Shown piece by piece: positions 1 to 13,215 of a DNA stretch of 64,000 nt. The translations under genes and the position numbers were made by a program. The stretch's first letter is position 1. The number at the start of each line of letters is the position of its first letter. This DNA is from Eledone cirrhosa (lineage: Eukaryota). Below the pieces are notes generated by a model that did not search any database, was not told the DNA's origin, and was given only the letters and a program-made list of their open reading frames with translations. Location of the stretch: positions 44,020,001 through 44,084,000 of the forward strand of contig OZ024745.1 of the NCBI GenBank assembly GCA_964016885.1. Reading direction: 5' to 3'.

Positions 1-59
1 AACGTCGTCTAAGGAAGGAAGGAAGGGGTGTGTTTGTGTGTTTGTATCACTTGTGTGAA

Positions 60-154
60 TGAGAAGGAACCAATAAACAAACAAACATCTCTTTTTTATA
101 TTATGTATAGATATTACAATTAGCCGTCATTTTTGACGGCACGGGGCCAGCTAG
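60..154. mobile_element. Non-autonomous Helitron-like termini (5' end on minus strand, 3' hairpin+CTAG on plus strand)
   Basis: Minus strand reads TCTATACATAATATAAAAAAGAGATGTTTGTTTGTTT from ~111. Plus strand has hairpin GCCGTCA-tttt-TGACGGC (123-140) followed by CTAG|T (151-155). Confidence 0.45.
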
Positions 155-178
155 TTATTATATGATAATTATTATTAA

Positions 179-362
179 GGGCGATGGATTGGCTGTATCG
201 CTAGAGAGTCGGACAGCCTCCTTGGCAGCATATAGTTACGTCCCTTTATGTTCTGAGTTCAAATTTCGCTGATGTTAGTTTTGCCTTTCATCCTTACGTG
301 GTCAATAAAATAAAGTACCAGTAATGCATTGGGGTCAACTTAATCGACTTTCCCCTCCCTAA
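179..362 (+). mobile_element. tRNA-derived SINE (family A), diverged copy
   Basis: A-box-like TGGCTGTATCG, B-box GAGTTCAAAT, and the family body TTTGCCTTTCATCCTTACG..AAAATAAAGTACCAGTAATGCA shared with many copies in the window. Confidence 0.8.
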
Positions 363-600
363 ATGGTCGTGTTGATGGTGTGTCAGTTGTGATCAAGATA
401 CTTTAGATCAATGATTCTCAACCAGTGTGCCGCGGCACTCTGGTGTGCCGTGAGATCTTCCTAAGTGTGCCGCGAAATTTTGAACGGCACAAATTTCTCA
501 CTAAACAAGCCAGCTATTTGACTGATGTAATTCGAAACACTGCAATAAAGTAAGTTCATAGCTGTGTTTTGCTCTATTTAGTTTGAGTCATTCTATGTGT

Positions 601-3600
601 CTATGACTTGTCTGTGTCTACTGTTGTATACCGTCTATGACTAGTCTATGACTACTGTTGTATGCCGTCTATGACTAGTCTGTGTCTACAGTTGCATGCC
701 GTCTATGACTAGTCTGTGTCTACTGTTGTATGCCATCTATGACTAGTCTGTGTCTACTGTTGTATGCCATCTATGACTTGTCTGTGTCTACTGCTGTATG
801 CCATCTATGACTAGTCTGTGTCTACTGTTGTATGCCATCTATGACTAGTCTGTGTCTACTGTTGTATGCCATCTATGACTAGTCTGTGTCTACTGTTGTA
901 TGCCATCTATGACTAGTCTGTGTCTACTGTTGTATGCCATCTATGACTTGTCTGTGTCTACTGCTGTATGCCATCTATGACTAGTCTGTGTCTACTGTTG
1001 TATGCCATCTATGACTTGTCTGTGTCTACTGTTGTATGCCGTCTATGACTTGTCTGTGTCTACTGCTGTATGCCATCTATGACTAGTCTATGTCTACTGT
1101 TGTATGCCATCTATGACTTGTCTGTGTCTACTGTTGTATGCCATCTATGACTTGTCTATGTCTACTGTTGTATGCCATCTATGACTTGTCTGTGTCTACT
1201 GTTGTATGCCATCTATAACTTGTCTGTGTCTACTGTTGTATGCCGTCTATGACTTGTCTGTGTCTACTGCTGTATGACATCTATGACTAGTCTATGTCTA
1301 CTGTTGTATGCCATCTATGACTTGTCTATGTCTACTGTTGTATGCCATCTATGACTTGTCTATGTCTACTGTTGTATGCCATCTATGACTTGTCTGTGTC
1401 TACTGTTGTATGCCGTCTATGACTAGTCTGTGTCTACTGCTGTATGCCATCTATGACTAGTCTATGTCTACTGTTGTATGCCATCTATGACTTGTCTATG
1501 TCTACTGTTGTATGCCATCTATGACTTGTCTATGTCTACTGTTGTATGCCATCTATGACTTGTCTATGTCTACAGTTGTATGCCGTCTATGACTAGTCTA
1601 TGTCTACGGTCGTATGCCATCTATTACTAGTCTGTGTCTACAGTTGTATGCCATCTATGACTAGTCTGTGTCTACAGTTGTATGCCATCTATGACTTGTC
1701 TGTGTCTACAGTTGTATGCCGTCTATGACTAGTCTGTGTCTACTGTTGTATGCCGTCTATGACTTGTCTGTGTCTACAGTTGTATGCCATCTATGACTAG
1801 TCTGTGTCTACTGTTGTATGCCATCTATGACTAGTCTGTGTCTACTGTTGTATGCCGTCTATGACTTGTCTGTGTCTACAGTTGTATGCCATCTATGACT
1901 AGTCTGTGTCTACAGTTGTATACCATCTATGACTAGTCTGTGTCTACAGTTGTATGCCATCTATGACTTGTCTGTGTCTACAGTTGTATGCCATCTATGA
2001 CTAGTCTGTGTCTACTGTTGTATGCCATCTATGACTAGTCTGTGTCTACTGTTGTATGCCGTCTATGACTAGTCTGTGTCTACAGTTGTATGCCATCTAT
2101 GACTAGTCTATGTCTACTGTTGTATGCCGTCTATGACTTGTCTGTGTCTACTGTTGTATGCCATCTATGACTAGTCTGTGTCTACTGTTGTATACCATTT
2201 ATGACTAGTCTGTGTCTACGGCTGTATGCCATCTATGACTTGTCTGTGTCTACTGTTGTATGCCATCTATGACTAGTCTGTGTCTACTGTTGTATGCCGT
2301 CTATGACTAGTCTGTGTCTACTGTTGTATGCCGTCTATGACTTGTCTGTGTCTACTGTTGTATGCCATCTATGACTAGTCTGTGTCTACTGTTGTATGCC
2401 ATCTATGACTTGTCTGTGTCTACAGTTGTATGCCGTCTATGACTAGTCTGTGTCTACAGTTGTATGCCGTCTATGACTTGTCTGTATCTACTGTTGTATG
2501 CCATCTATGACTAGTCTGTGTCTACTGTTGTATGCCATCTATGACTTGTCTGTGTCTACAGTTGTATGCCGTCTATGACTAGTCTGTGCCTACAGTTGTA
2601 TGCCGTCTATGACTTGTCTGTGTCTACTGTTGTATGCCATCTATGACTAGTCTGTGTCTACTGTTGTATGCCGTCTATGACTAGTCTGTGTCTACAGTTG
2701 TATGCCGTCTATGACTAGTCTGTGTCTACTGCTGTATGCCATCTATGACTAGTCTGTGTCTACAGTTGTATGCCGTCTATGACTTGTCTGTGTCTACTGT
2801 TGTATGCCATCTATGACTAGTCTGTGTCTACTGTTGTATGCCATCTATGACTTGTCTGTGTCTACTGTTGTATGCCGTCTATGACTTGTCTGTGTCTACA
2901 GTTGTATGCCGTCTATGACTAGTCTGTGTCTACAGTTGTATGCCATCTATGACTTGTCTGTGTCTACAGTTGTATGCCGTCTATGACTTGTCTGTGTCTA
3001 CAGTTGTATGCCATCTATGACTAGTCTGTGTCTACTGTTGTATGCCATCTATGACTAGTCTGTGTCTACTGTTGTATGCCGTCTATGACTAGTCTGTGTC
3101 TACTGTTGTATGCCGTCTATGACTAGTCTGTGTCTACTGTTGTATGCCGTCTATGACTATTCTGTGTCTACTGTTGTATGCCGTCTATGACTAGTCTGTG
3201 TCTACTGTTGTATGCCGTCTATGACTAGTCTGTGTCTACAGTTGTATGCCGTCTATGACTAGTCCGTGTCTACTGTTGTATGCCATCTATGACTTGTCTA
3301 TGTCTACTGTTGTATGCCATCTATGACTTGTCTATGTCTACTGTTGTATGCCATCTATGACTTGTCTGTGTCTACTGTTGTATGCCGTCTATGACTAGTC
3401 TGTGTCTACTGCTGTATGCCATCTATGACTAGTCTATGTCTACTGTTGTATGCCATCTATGACTTGTCTATGTCTACTGTTGTATGCCATCTATGACTTG
3501 TCTATGTCTACTGTTGTATGCCATCTATGACTTGTCTATGTCTACAGTTGTATGCCGTCTATGACTAGTCTATGTCTACGGTCGTATGCCATCTATTACT

Positions 3601-6600
3601 AGTCTGTGTCTACAGTTGTATGCCATCTATGACTAGTCTGTGTCTACAGTTGTATGCCATCTATGACTTGTCTGTGTCTACAGTTGTATGCCGTCTATGA
3701 CTAGTCTGTGTCTACTGTTGTATGCCGTCTATGACTTGTCTGTGTCTACAGTTGTATGCCATCTATGACTAGTCTGTGTCTACTGTTGTATGCCATCTAT
3801 GACTAGTCTGTGTCTACTGTTGTATGCCGTCTATGACTTGTCTGTGTCTACAGTTGTATGCCATCTATGACTAGTCTGTGTCTACAGTTGTATACCATCT
3901 ATGACTAGTCTGTGTCTACAGTTGTATGCCATCTATGACTTGTCTGTGTCTACAGTTGTATGCCATCTATGACTAGTCTGTGTCTACTGTTGTATGCCAT
4001 CTATGACTAGTCTGTGTCTACTGTTGTATGCCGTCTATGACTAGTCTGTGTCTACAGTTGTATGCCATCTATGACTAGTCTATGTCTACTGTTGTATGCC
4101 GTCTATGACTTGTCTGTGTCTACTGTTGTATGCCATCTATGACTAGTCTGTGTCTACTGTTGTATACCATCTATGACTAGTCTGTGTCTACGGCTGTATG
4201 CCATCTATGACTTGTCTGTGTCTACTGTTGTATGCCATCTATGACTAGTCTGTGTCTACTGTTGTATACCGTCTATGACTAGTCTGTGTCTACTGTTGTA
4301 TGCCGTCTATGACTTGTCTGTGTCTACTGTTGTATGCCATCTATGACTAGTCTGTGTCTACTGTTGTATGCCATCTATGACTTGTCTGTGTCTACAGTTG
4401 TATGCCGTCTATGACTAGTCTGTGTCTACAGTTGTATGCCGTCTATGACTTGTCTGTATCTACTGTTGTATGCCATCTATGACTAGTCTGTGTCTACTGT
4501 TGTATGCCATCTATGACTTGTCTGTGTCTACAGTTGTATGCCGTCTATGACTAGTCTGTGCCTACAGTTGTATGCCGTCTATGACTTGTCTGTGTCTACT
4601 GTTGTATGCCATCTATGACTAGTCTGTGTCTACTGTTGTATGCCGTCTATGACTTGTCTGTGTCTACAGTTGTATGCCGTCTATGACTAGTCTGTGTCTA
4701 CAGTTGTATGCCATCTATGACTTGTCTGTGTCTACAGTTGTATGCCGTCTATGACTTGTCTGTGTCTACAGTTGTATGCCATCTATGACTAGTCTGTGTC
4801 TACTGTTGTATGCCATCTATGACTAGTCTGTGTCTACTGTTGTATGCCGTCTATGACTAGTCTGTGTCTACTGTTGTATGCCGTCTATGACTAGTCTGTG
4901 TCTACTGTTGTATGCCGTCTATGACTATTCTGTGTCTACTGTTGTATGCCGTCTATGACTAGTCTGTGTCTACTGTTGTATGCCGTCTATGACTAGTCTG
5001 TGTCTACAGTTGTATGCCGTCTATGACTAGTCCGTGTCTACTGTTGTATGCCATCTATGACTTGTCTATGTCTACTGTTGTATGCCATCTATGACTTGTC
5101 TATGTCTACGGTCGTATGCCATCTATTACTAGTCTGTGTCTACAGTTGTATGCCATCTATGACTAGTCTGTGTCTACAGTTGTATGCCATCTATGACTTG
5201 TCTGTGTCTACAGTTGTATGCCGTCTATGACTAGTCTGTGTCTACTGTTGTATGCCGTCTATGACTTGTCTGTGTCTACAGTTGTATGCCATCTATGACT
5301 AGTCTGTGTCTACTGTTGTATGCCATCTATGACTAGTCTGTGTCTACTGTTGTATGCCGTCTATGACTTGTCTGTGTCTACAGTTGTATGCCATCTATGA
5401 CTAGTCTGTGTCTACAGTTGTATACCATCTATGACTAGTCTGTGTCTACAGTTGTATGCCATCTATGACTTGTCTGTGTCTACAGTTGTATGCCATCTAT
5501 GACTAGTCTGTGTCTACTGTTGTATGCCATCTATGACTAGTCTGTGTCTACTGTTGTATGCCGTCTATGACTAGTCTGTGTCTACAGTTGTATGCCATCT
5601 ATGACTAGTCTATGTCTACTGTTGTATGCCGTCTATGACTTGTCTGTGTCTACTGTTGTATGCCATCTATGACTAGTCTGTGTCTACTGTTGTATACCAT
5701 CTATGACTAGTCTGTGTCTACGGCTGTATGCCATCTATGACTTGTCTGTGTCTACTGTTGTATGCCATCTATGACTAGTCTGTGTCTACTGTTGTATGCC
5801 GTCTATGACTAGTCTGTGTCTACTGTTGTATGCCGTCTATGACTTGTCTGTGTCTACTGTTGTATGCCATCTATGACTAGTCTGTGTCTACTGTTGTATG
5901 CCATCTATGACTTGTCTGTGTCTACAGTTGTATGCCGTCTATGACTAGTCTGTGTCTACAGTTGTATGCCGTCTATGACTTGTCTGTATCTACTGTTGTA
6001 TGCCATCTATGACTAGTCTGTGTCTACTGTTGTATGCCATCTATGACTTGTCTGTGTCTACAGTTGTATGCCGTCTATGACTAGTCTGTGCCTACAGTTG
6101 TATGCCGTCTATGACTTGTCTGTGTCTACTGTTGTATGCCATCTATGACTAGTCTGTGTCTACTGTTGTATGCCGTCTATGACTAGTCTGTGTCTACAGT
6201 TGTATGCCGTCTATGACTAGTCTGTGTCTACTGCTGTATGCCATCTATGACTAGTCTGTGTCTACAGTTGTATGCCGTCTATGACTTGTCTGTGTCTACT
6301 GTTGTATGCCATCTATGACTAGTCTGTGTCTACTGTTGTATGCCATCTATGACTTGTCTGTGTCTACTGTTGTATGCCGTCTATGACTTGTCTGTGTCTA
6401 CAGTTGTATGCCGTCTATGACTAGTCTGTGTCTACAGTTGTATGCCATCTATGACTTGTCTGTGTCTACAGTTGTATGCCGTCTATGACTTGTCTGTGTC
6501 TACAGTTGTATGCCATCTATGACTAGTCTGTGTCTACTGTTGTATGCCATATATGACTAGTCTGTGTCTACTGTTGTATGCCGTCTATGACTAGTCTGTG

Positions 6601-9600
6601 TCTACTGTTGTATGCCGTCTATGACTAGTCTGTGTCTACTGTTGTATGCCGTCTATGACTATTCTGTGTCTACTGTTGTATGCCGTCTATGACTAGTCTG
6701 TGTCTACTGTTGTATGCCGTCTATGACTAGTCTGTGTCTACAGTTGTATGCCGTCTATGACTAGTCCGTGTCTACTGTTGTATGCCATCTATGACTAGTC
6801 TGTGTCTACTGTTGTATGCCGTCTATGACTAGTCTGTGTCTACAGTTGTATGCCGTCTATGACTAGTCTGTGTCTACAGTTGTATGCCGTCTATGACTAT
6901 TCCGTGTCTACTGTTGTATGCCATCTATGACTAGTCTGTGTCTACTGTTGTATGCCGTCTATGACTAGTCTGTGTCTACAGTTGTATGCCGTCTATGACT
7001 AGTCTGTGTCTACAGTTGTATGCCATCTATGACTTGTCTGTGTCTACAGTTGTATGCCATCTATGACTAGTCTGTGTCTACTGTTGTATACCATCTATGA
7101 CTTGTCTGTGTCTACTGTTGTATGCCGTCTATGACTAGTCTGTGTCTACGGCTGTATGCCATCTATGACTTGTCTGTGTCTACAGTTGTATGCCATCTAT
7201 GACTAGTCTGTGTCTACTGTTGTATGCCGTATATGACTTGTCTGTGTCTACTGTTGTATGCCATCTATGACTAGTCTGTGTCTACAGTTGTATGCCGTCT
7301 ATGACTAGTCTGTGTCTACAGTTGTATGCCGTCTATGACTATTCCGTGTCTACTGTTGTGTACCATCTATGACTATTCTGTGTCTACTGTTGTATGCCAT
7401 CTATGACTAGTCTGTGTCTACTGCTGTATGCCATCTATGACTTGTCTGTGTCTACAGTTGTATGCCATCTATGACTATTCCGTGTCTACTGCTGTATGCC
7501 ATCTTTGACTAGTCTGTGTCTACTGCTGTATGCCATCTATGACTAGTCTGTGTCTACTGTTGTATACCATCTATGACTATTCTGTGTCTACTGTTGTATG
7601 CCATCTATGACTAGTCTGTGTCTACTTTTGTATGCCATCTATGACTATTCTGTGTCTACAGTTGTATGCCATCTATGACTTGTCTGTGTCTACTGTTGTA
7701 TGCCATCTATGACTAGTCTGTGTCTACGGTTGTATGCCGTCTATGACTAGTCTGTGTCTACTGCTGTATGCCATCTATGACTAGTCTGTGTCTACTGTTG
7801 TATGCCATCTATGACTAGTCTGTGTCTACAGTTTTATGTCATCTATGACTAGTCTGTGTCTACGGTCGTATGCCATCTATGACTAGTCTGTGTCTACGGT
7901 TGTATACCGTCTATGACTAGTCTATGTCTACTGTTGTATGCCATCTATGACTAGTCTGTGTCTACAGTTGTATGCCATATATGACTAGTCTGTGTCTACG
8001 GTTGTATGCCGTCTATGACTAGTCTGTGTCTACTGTTGTATGCCGTCTATGACTAGTTTGTGTCTACAGTTGTATGCCATCTATGACTAGTCTGTGTCTA
8101 CTGTTGTATGCCGTCTATGACTTGTCTGTGTATACGGTTGTATGGCGTCTATGACTAGTCTGTGTCTACAGTTGTATGCCGTCTATGACTTGTCTGTGTA
8201 TACGGTTGTATGCCGTCTATGACTAGTCTGTGTCTACAGTTGTATGCCGTCTATGACTTGTCTGTGTCTACTGCTGTATGCCATCTATGACTAGTATGTG
8301 TCTACAGTTGTATGCCGTCTATGACTAGTCTGTGTCTACAGTTGTATGCCATCTATGACTAGTCTGTGTCTACTGTTGTATGCCATCTATGACTAGTCTG
8401 TTTCTACGGCTGTATGCCATCTATGACTAGTCTGTGTCTACGGTCGTATGCCATCTATTACTAGTCTGTGTCTACTGTTGTATACCATCTATGACTAGTC
8501 TGTGTCTACAGTTGTATGCCGTCTATGACTTGTCTGTGTCTACTGTTGTATGCCGTCTATGACTAGTCTGTGTCTACTGTTGTATACCATCTATGACTAG
8601 TCTGTGTCTACGGTCGTATGCCATCTATTACTAGTATGTGTCTACAGTTGTATGCCATCTATGACTAGTCTGTGTCTACTGTTGTATGCCATCTATGACT
8701 AGTCTATGTCTACTGTTGTATGCCATCTATGACTAGTCTGTGTCTACGGCAGAAATGCCATCTATGACTAGTCTGTGTCTACTGTTGTATGCCATCTATG
8801 ACTAGTCTGTGTCTACTGTTGAATGCCATCTATGACTAGTCTGTGTCTACTGCTGTATGCCGTCTATGACTAGTCTGTGTCTACTGTTGTATACCATCTA
8901 TGACTAGTCTGTGTCTACGGTCGTATGCCATCTATTACTAGTCTGTGTCTACAGTTGTATGCCGTCTATGACTTGTCTGTGTCTACTGTTGTATGCCGTC
9001 TATGACTAGTCTGTGTCTACTGTTGTATACCATCTATGACTAGTCTGTGTCTACGGTCGTATGCCATCTATTACTAGTATGTGTCTACAGTTGTATGCCA
9101 TCTATGACTAGTCTGTGTCTACTGTTGTATGCCATCTATGACTAGTCTATGTCTACTGTTGTATGCCATCTATGACTAGTCTGTGTCTACGGCAGAAATG
9201 CCATCTATGACTAGTCTGTGTCTACTGTTGAATGCCATCTATGACTAGTCTGTGTCTACTGCTGTATGCCGTCTATGACTAGTCTGTGTCTACTGTTGTA
9301 TACCATCTATGACTAGTCTGTGTCTACGGTCGTATGCCATCTATTACTAGTCTGTGTCTACAGTTGTATGCCGTCTATGACTTGTCTGTGTCTACTGTTG
9401 TATGCCGTCTATGACTAGTCTGTGTCTACTGTTGTATACCATCTATGACTAGTCTGTGTCTACGGTCGTATGCCATCTATTACTAGTCTGTGTCTACTGT
9501 TGTATGCCATCTATGACTAGTCTATGTCTACTGTTGTATGCCATCTATGACTAGTCTGTGTCTACGGCAGAAATGCCATCTATGACTAGTCTGTGTCTAC

Positions 9601-9997
9601 TGTTGTATGCCATCTATGACTAGTCTGTGTCTACTGTTGAATGCCATCTATGACTAGTCTGTGTCTACTGCTGTATGCCGTCTATGACTAGTCTGTGTCT
9701 ACTGTTGTATACCATCTATGACTAGTCTGTGTCAACTGTTGTATGCCATCTATGACTAGTCTGTGTCTACGGCTGTATGCCATCTATGACTAGTCTGTGT
9801 CTACTGTTGTATGCCATCTATGACTAGTCTGTGTCTACTGTTGTATACCATCTATGACTAGTCTGTGTCTACTGTTGAATGCCATCTATGACTAGTGTAT
9901 GTCTACGAGTGCATACCATCTATGACTAGTCTGTGTCTACTGTTGTATACCATCTATGATTAGTCTGTGTCTACGGTCGTATGCCGTCTATGACTTG
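601..9997. repeat. 34-bp satellite, ~276 copies (CTATGACTWGTCTGTGTCTACWGTTGTATGCCRT)
   Basis: Period of 34 nt seen directly (e.g. 601/635, 2947/2981). Variant markers recur at exact multiples of 34. Confidence 0.98.
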
Positions 9998-10040
9998 CCA
10001 TGTTTTTATTTTGTAAAATTCAAATATTTTTCATATATAT

Positions 10041-10355
10041 TTAGCCAGGTGTGCCTCTATTTTTTCATGTGTTCCAAGTTGTGCCTTAGCCAGGTGTGCC
10101 TCTATTTTTTTTTGTGTTCCAAGTTGTGCCTTAGACAGGTGTGCCTCTATTTTTTCATGTGTTCCAAGTTGTGCCTTAGCCAGGTGTGCCTCTATTTTTT
10201 CATGTGTTCCAAGGTGTGCCTTAGCCAGGTGTGCCTCTATTTTTTCATGTGTTCCAAGTTGTGCCTTAGCCAGGTGTGCCTCTATTTTTTCATGTGTTCC
10301 AAGTTGTGCCTTAGCCAGGTGTGCCTCTATTTTTTCATGTGTTCCAAGGTGTGCC
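10041..10355. repeat. 45-bp minisatellite, 7 copies, subterminal in the hAT element
   Basis: TTAGCCAGGTGTGCCTCTATTTTTTCATGTGTTCCAAGTTGTGCC starts at 10041, 10086, 10131, 10176, 10221, 10266 and 10311. Confidence 0.97.
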
Positions 10356-10794
10356 GTTGGCAAAAAAAAGGTTGAGAACCACTGCTTTAGGCTATTATTG
10401 TTTCACTTTCATCCTTTAGAACTAGATTTAGTATCAAGTTCTTGAGAATTAACATCTCCTTTGCTTGATTGCTAGATTTGTTGAACTTTAACAATTTCAG
10501 AAAATCTTCCCCAACCCCACCACCCCTTTCTTAAAATAACAACCAAAACTCCCTCAAACTATGCCACATCACTTTAAAAGAATGATTCATTTTCTAATGT
10601 ATTCCTAGATATCTGAAAAAAGAAAAGACGAGATGATCATAACTAGAATACTTTTGATTATAGGTCTGACCTGGTAGTAAACAGCAACATATATGATTGT
10701 GTTTGTGTAACATATATCGTAGATGATACAAAACAAAGGTCTTGTTCTACTTAAACATTAGATCGCATAGCTGATTTTGTAATATTTCTATCTA

Positions 10795-11001
10795 ACATTG
10801 GCACAAGACCAGCAATTTGTGAGAAGGGGAAAGGTGATTGTATCGATGTCAGTATTTAACTAGTACTTTATTTTATCGATCTCGAAAGGATGAAAGGCAA
10901 AGTTGACCTCGACAGGATTTAAGCTCAAAACGTAGAAAGTCGTAACTAAATACCACAAAGCAATTTGTCCGACGCTCTACTGATTCTGCCAATCCACAGC
11001 C
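10795..11001 (-). mobile_element. tRNA-derived SINE family A
   Basis: Reverse complement of the family body (GTACTTTATTTTATCGA..AAGGATGAAAGGCAAAGTTGACCTC..TCCGACGCTCTAC..CTGCCAATCCAC). Confidence 0.8.
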
Positions 11002-11249
11002 CTTAACTAATTTGTAATATCAATTGAATAGAATAACTAGTAAATTTTACAGCGTAAATTTCTATCAATTAAAATATGTTAGATTAGTTTAGCTTACAAT
11101 TTGTACGGGTTTTGAGTGGATAATAGAGATAAACTAAAACGAAGGCACTCAGTGGAAACAAACAAACAGAACAATTTATGACAAGACACAGAAATAAAGA
11201 ATAAGTATATAGGGCTGACGGGTAATGAATAAGGTGAAAAGAAACATTG

Positions 11250-11458
11250 GTTTCTGATTTAGGCACAAGGCTAACAATTTTGGAGGAGGGGAAAGTCAAT
11301 TAAATTGACACCAGTGCATTACTGGTACTTTATTTTATCGACCCCATAAGGAGGAAAAGCAAAGTTAACCTCAGCAGGATTTGAACTCAGATCGTAAAGG
11401 GGCGTAACCCTATGACATAAAGCATGTTGTTCGACGCTCTACCGATACTGCCAATCCA
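11250..11458 (-). mobile_element. tRNA-derived SINE family A
   Basis: Full family body on the minus strand, head-to-head with the copy at 11479. Confidence 0.85.
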
Positions 11459-11478
11459 CATTATATTACACATAAAAG

Positions 11479-11663
11479 GGCGGTGAATTGGCAGTATCGG
11501 TAGAGGGTCGGACATGCTTTCCAGCATAGTTACGTCCCTTTACGATCTGAGTTCAAATCCGGCTGAGGTTAACTTTGCCTTTCATCCTTACGGGGTCGAT
11601 AAAATAAAGTACCAGTAATGTACTGGGCAATTGCTGGCCTTGTGCCTAAAGTAGAAACAATTA
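11479..11663 (+). mobile_element. tRNA-derived SINE family A, young copy with 19-bp TSD
   Basis: GGCGGTGAATTGGCAGTATCGG..GAGTTCAAATCC..GTAGAAACAATTA. Direct repeat ATTATATTACACATAAAAG at 11460-11478 and 11660-11678. Confidence 0.9.
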
Positions 11664-11799
11664 TATTACACATAAAAGAGGTTTATCAAGGTTTCTACAA
11701 CAATTTAATTTGTAGCAATAGAAATATCATTTTTCATTGTTCAGATAACTAGCAGTAACACTGCCTTCAGCCGGTTCCTGCAAGTTATCTATATAATGG

Positions 11800-12001
11800 T
11801 GTTTGATTTAGGCACAAGGCCAGCAATTTTAGGGGACGGGAAAGTCGAACAAATCGATTCCAGTGCATTACTGGCACTTTATTTTATCGACCCCCGTAAG
11901 GATGAAAGGTAAAGCTAACCTCAGCGGAATTTGAACTCAGAACGTAAAGAGCCGTAACCCTATGCTGCGAAGCATGTTGTCCGACGCTCTACCGATACTG
12001 C
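11800..12001 (-). mobile_element. tRNA-derived SINE family A
   Basis: Family body on the minus strand. Confidence 0.85.
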
Positions 12002-12283
12002 TTGAATGACGGATGATATGTATAGTACCAGAAAAATGGAAACCTAGTATTGTATGGAATACCTGAGCATGCTAGAGAATGCCTAAAAATTCAAGATATG
12101 ATATAAAATATAATCCTCTGTATACATTTCTTAGGCAGTCTGCAATTTACCTAAGTAAAGTATATAAGGTCAGAATAAAATATACGTATTTAATAGTTTC
12201 CCTGAGTTTCGGCTTTGGTAATTTATATCATACCGGAGATTTACGCTATACTGGTAACATAAGTGTGCGACTGTGTGTGTTTT

Positions 12284-12353
<70 letters not shown>

Positions 12354-12499
12354 AGTTTATACTTATGTGTGATAAGGGAAAAGGATATTTTTCATGTGCA
12401 AATGATACCAACTCATATATTTGATTTTACAGTTTATTTGATTTAATTTAACAGAAGGCGGCAAATAGGCAGAATTGTTAGAACATTGGATAGCATGCT

Positions 12500-12741
12500 T
12501 TATGGTAGTTGTTGTTGCTACTGTTGTTGGTGTTGTTGTTGGTGGTGGTGTTGCTGCTGTTGTTGTTGTTGTTGGTGTTGTTGTTGGTGGTGGTGTTGCT
12601 GCTATTGCTGTTGTTGTTGTTGGTGTTGCTGCTATTGCTGCTGTTGTTGTTGTTGGTGGTGGTGGTGATGTTGGTGTTGATGTTGCTGTTTTTGTAGTTG
12701 TTACTGCTGTTATTGTTGCTGATGGTTGCTGCTGCTATTGT

Positions 12742-12776
<35 letters not shown>

Positions 12777-12828
12777 TTGTTGCTGTTGTTATTGTTGATG
12801 TTGTTGTTGCTGCTGTTGCTGTTGTTGA

Positions 12829-12872
<44 letters not shown>

Positions 12873-12945
12873 TTGTTGTTGTTGTTATTGTTGATGTTGT
12901 TGTTGCTGCTGTTGCTGTTGTTGTTGTTGTTGTTGTTGTTGTTGA

Positions 12946-12980
<35 letters not shown>

Positions 12981-13089
12981 CTGCTGTTGTTGTTGTTGTT
13001 GATGTTGCTGTTGCTGATGTTGCTGTTGTTGTTGCTGTTGCTGTTGCTGTTGCTGTTGTTGCTGCTGCTGCTGCTGTTGTTGCTGTTGC

Positions 13090-13120
<31 letters not shown>

Positions 13121-13158
13121 ATTGCTGTTGTTGTTGTTGCTGTTGCTGTTGTTGTTGT

Positions 13159-13215
<57 letters not shown>

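Larger units (their letters stand above)
409..10384. mobile_element. Non-autonomous hAT (Charlie-like) DNA transposon carrying satellite arrays
   Basis: TIRs CAATGATTCTCAACC (409-423) and GGTTGAGAACCACTG (10370-10384). Flanking 8-mers CTTTAGAT (401-408) and CTTTAGGC (10385-10392) match 6/8 with a central TA, as expected for a hAT TSD. GTGTGCC subterminal motifs occur at both ends. Confidence 0.8.

Noticed and set aside
601-9997. 34-bp repeat as a CRISPR array
   Set aside because: Units are contiguous with no unique spacers, there are no cas genes, and the context is eukaryotic.
9956-10375. 139-aa and 110-aa ORFs with 15-aa repeats
   Set aside because: A by-product of the stop-free 45-bp minisatellite inside a MITE.
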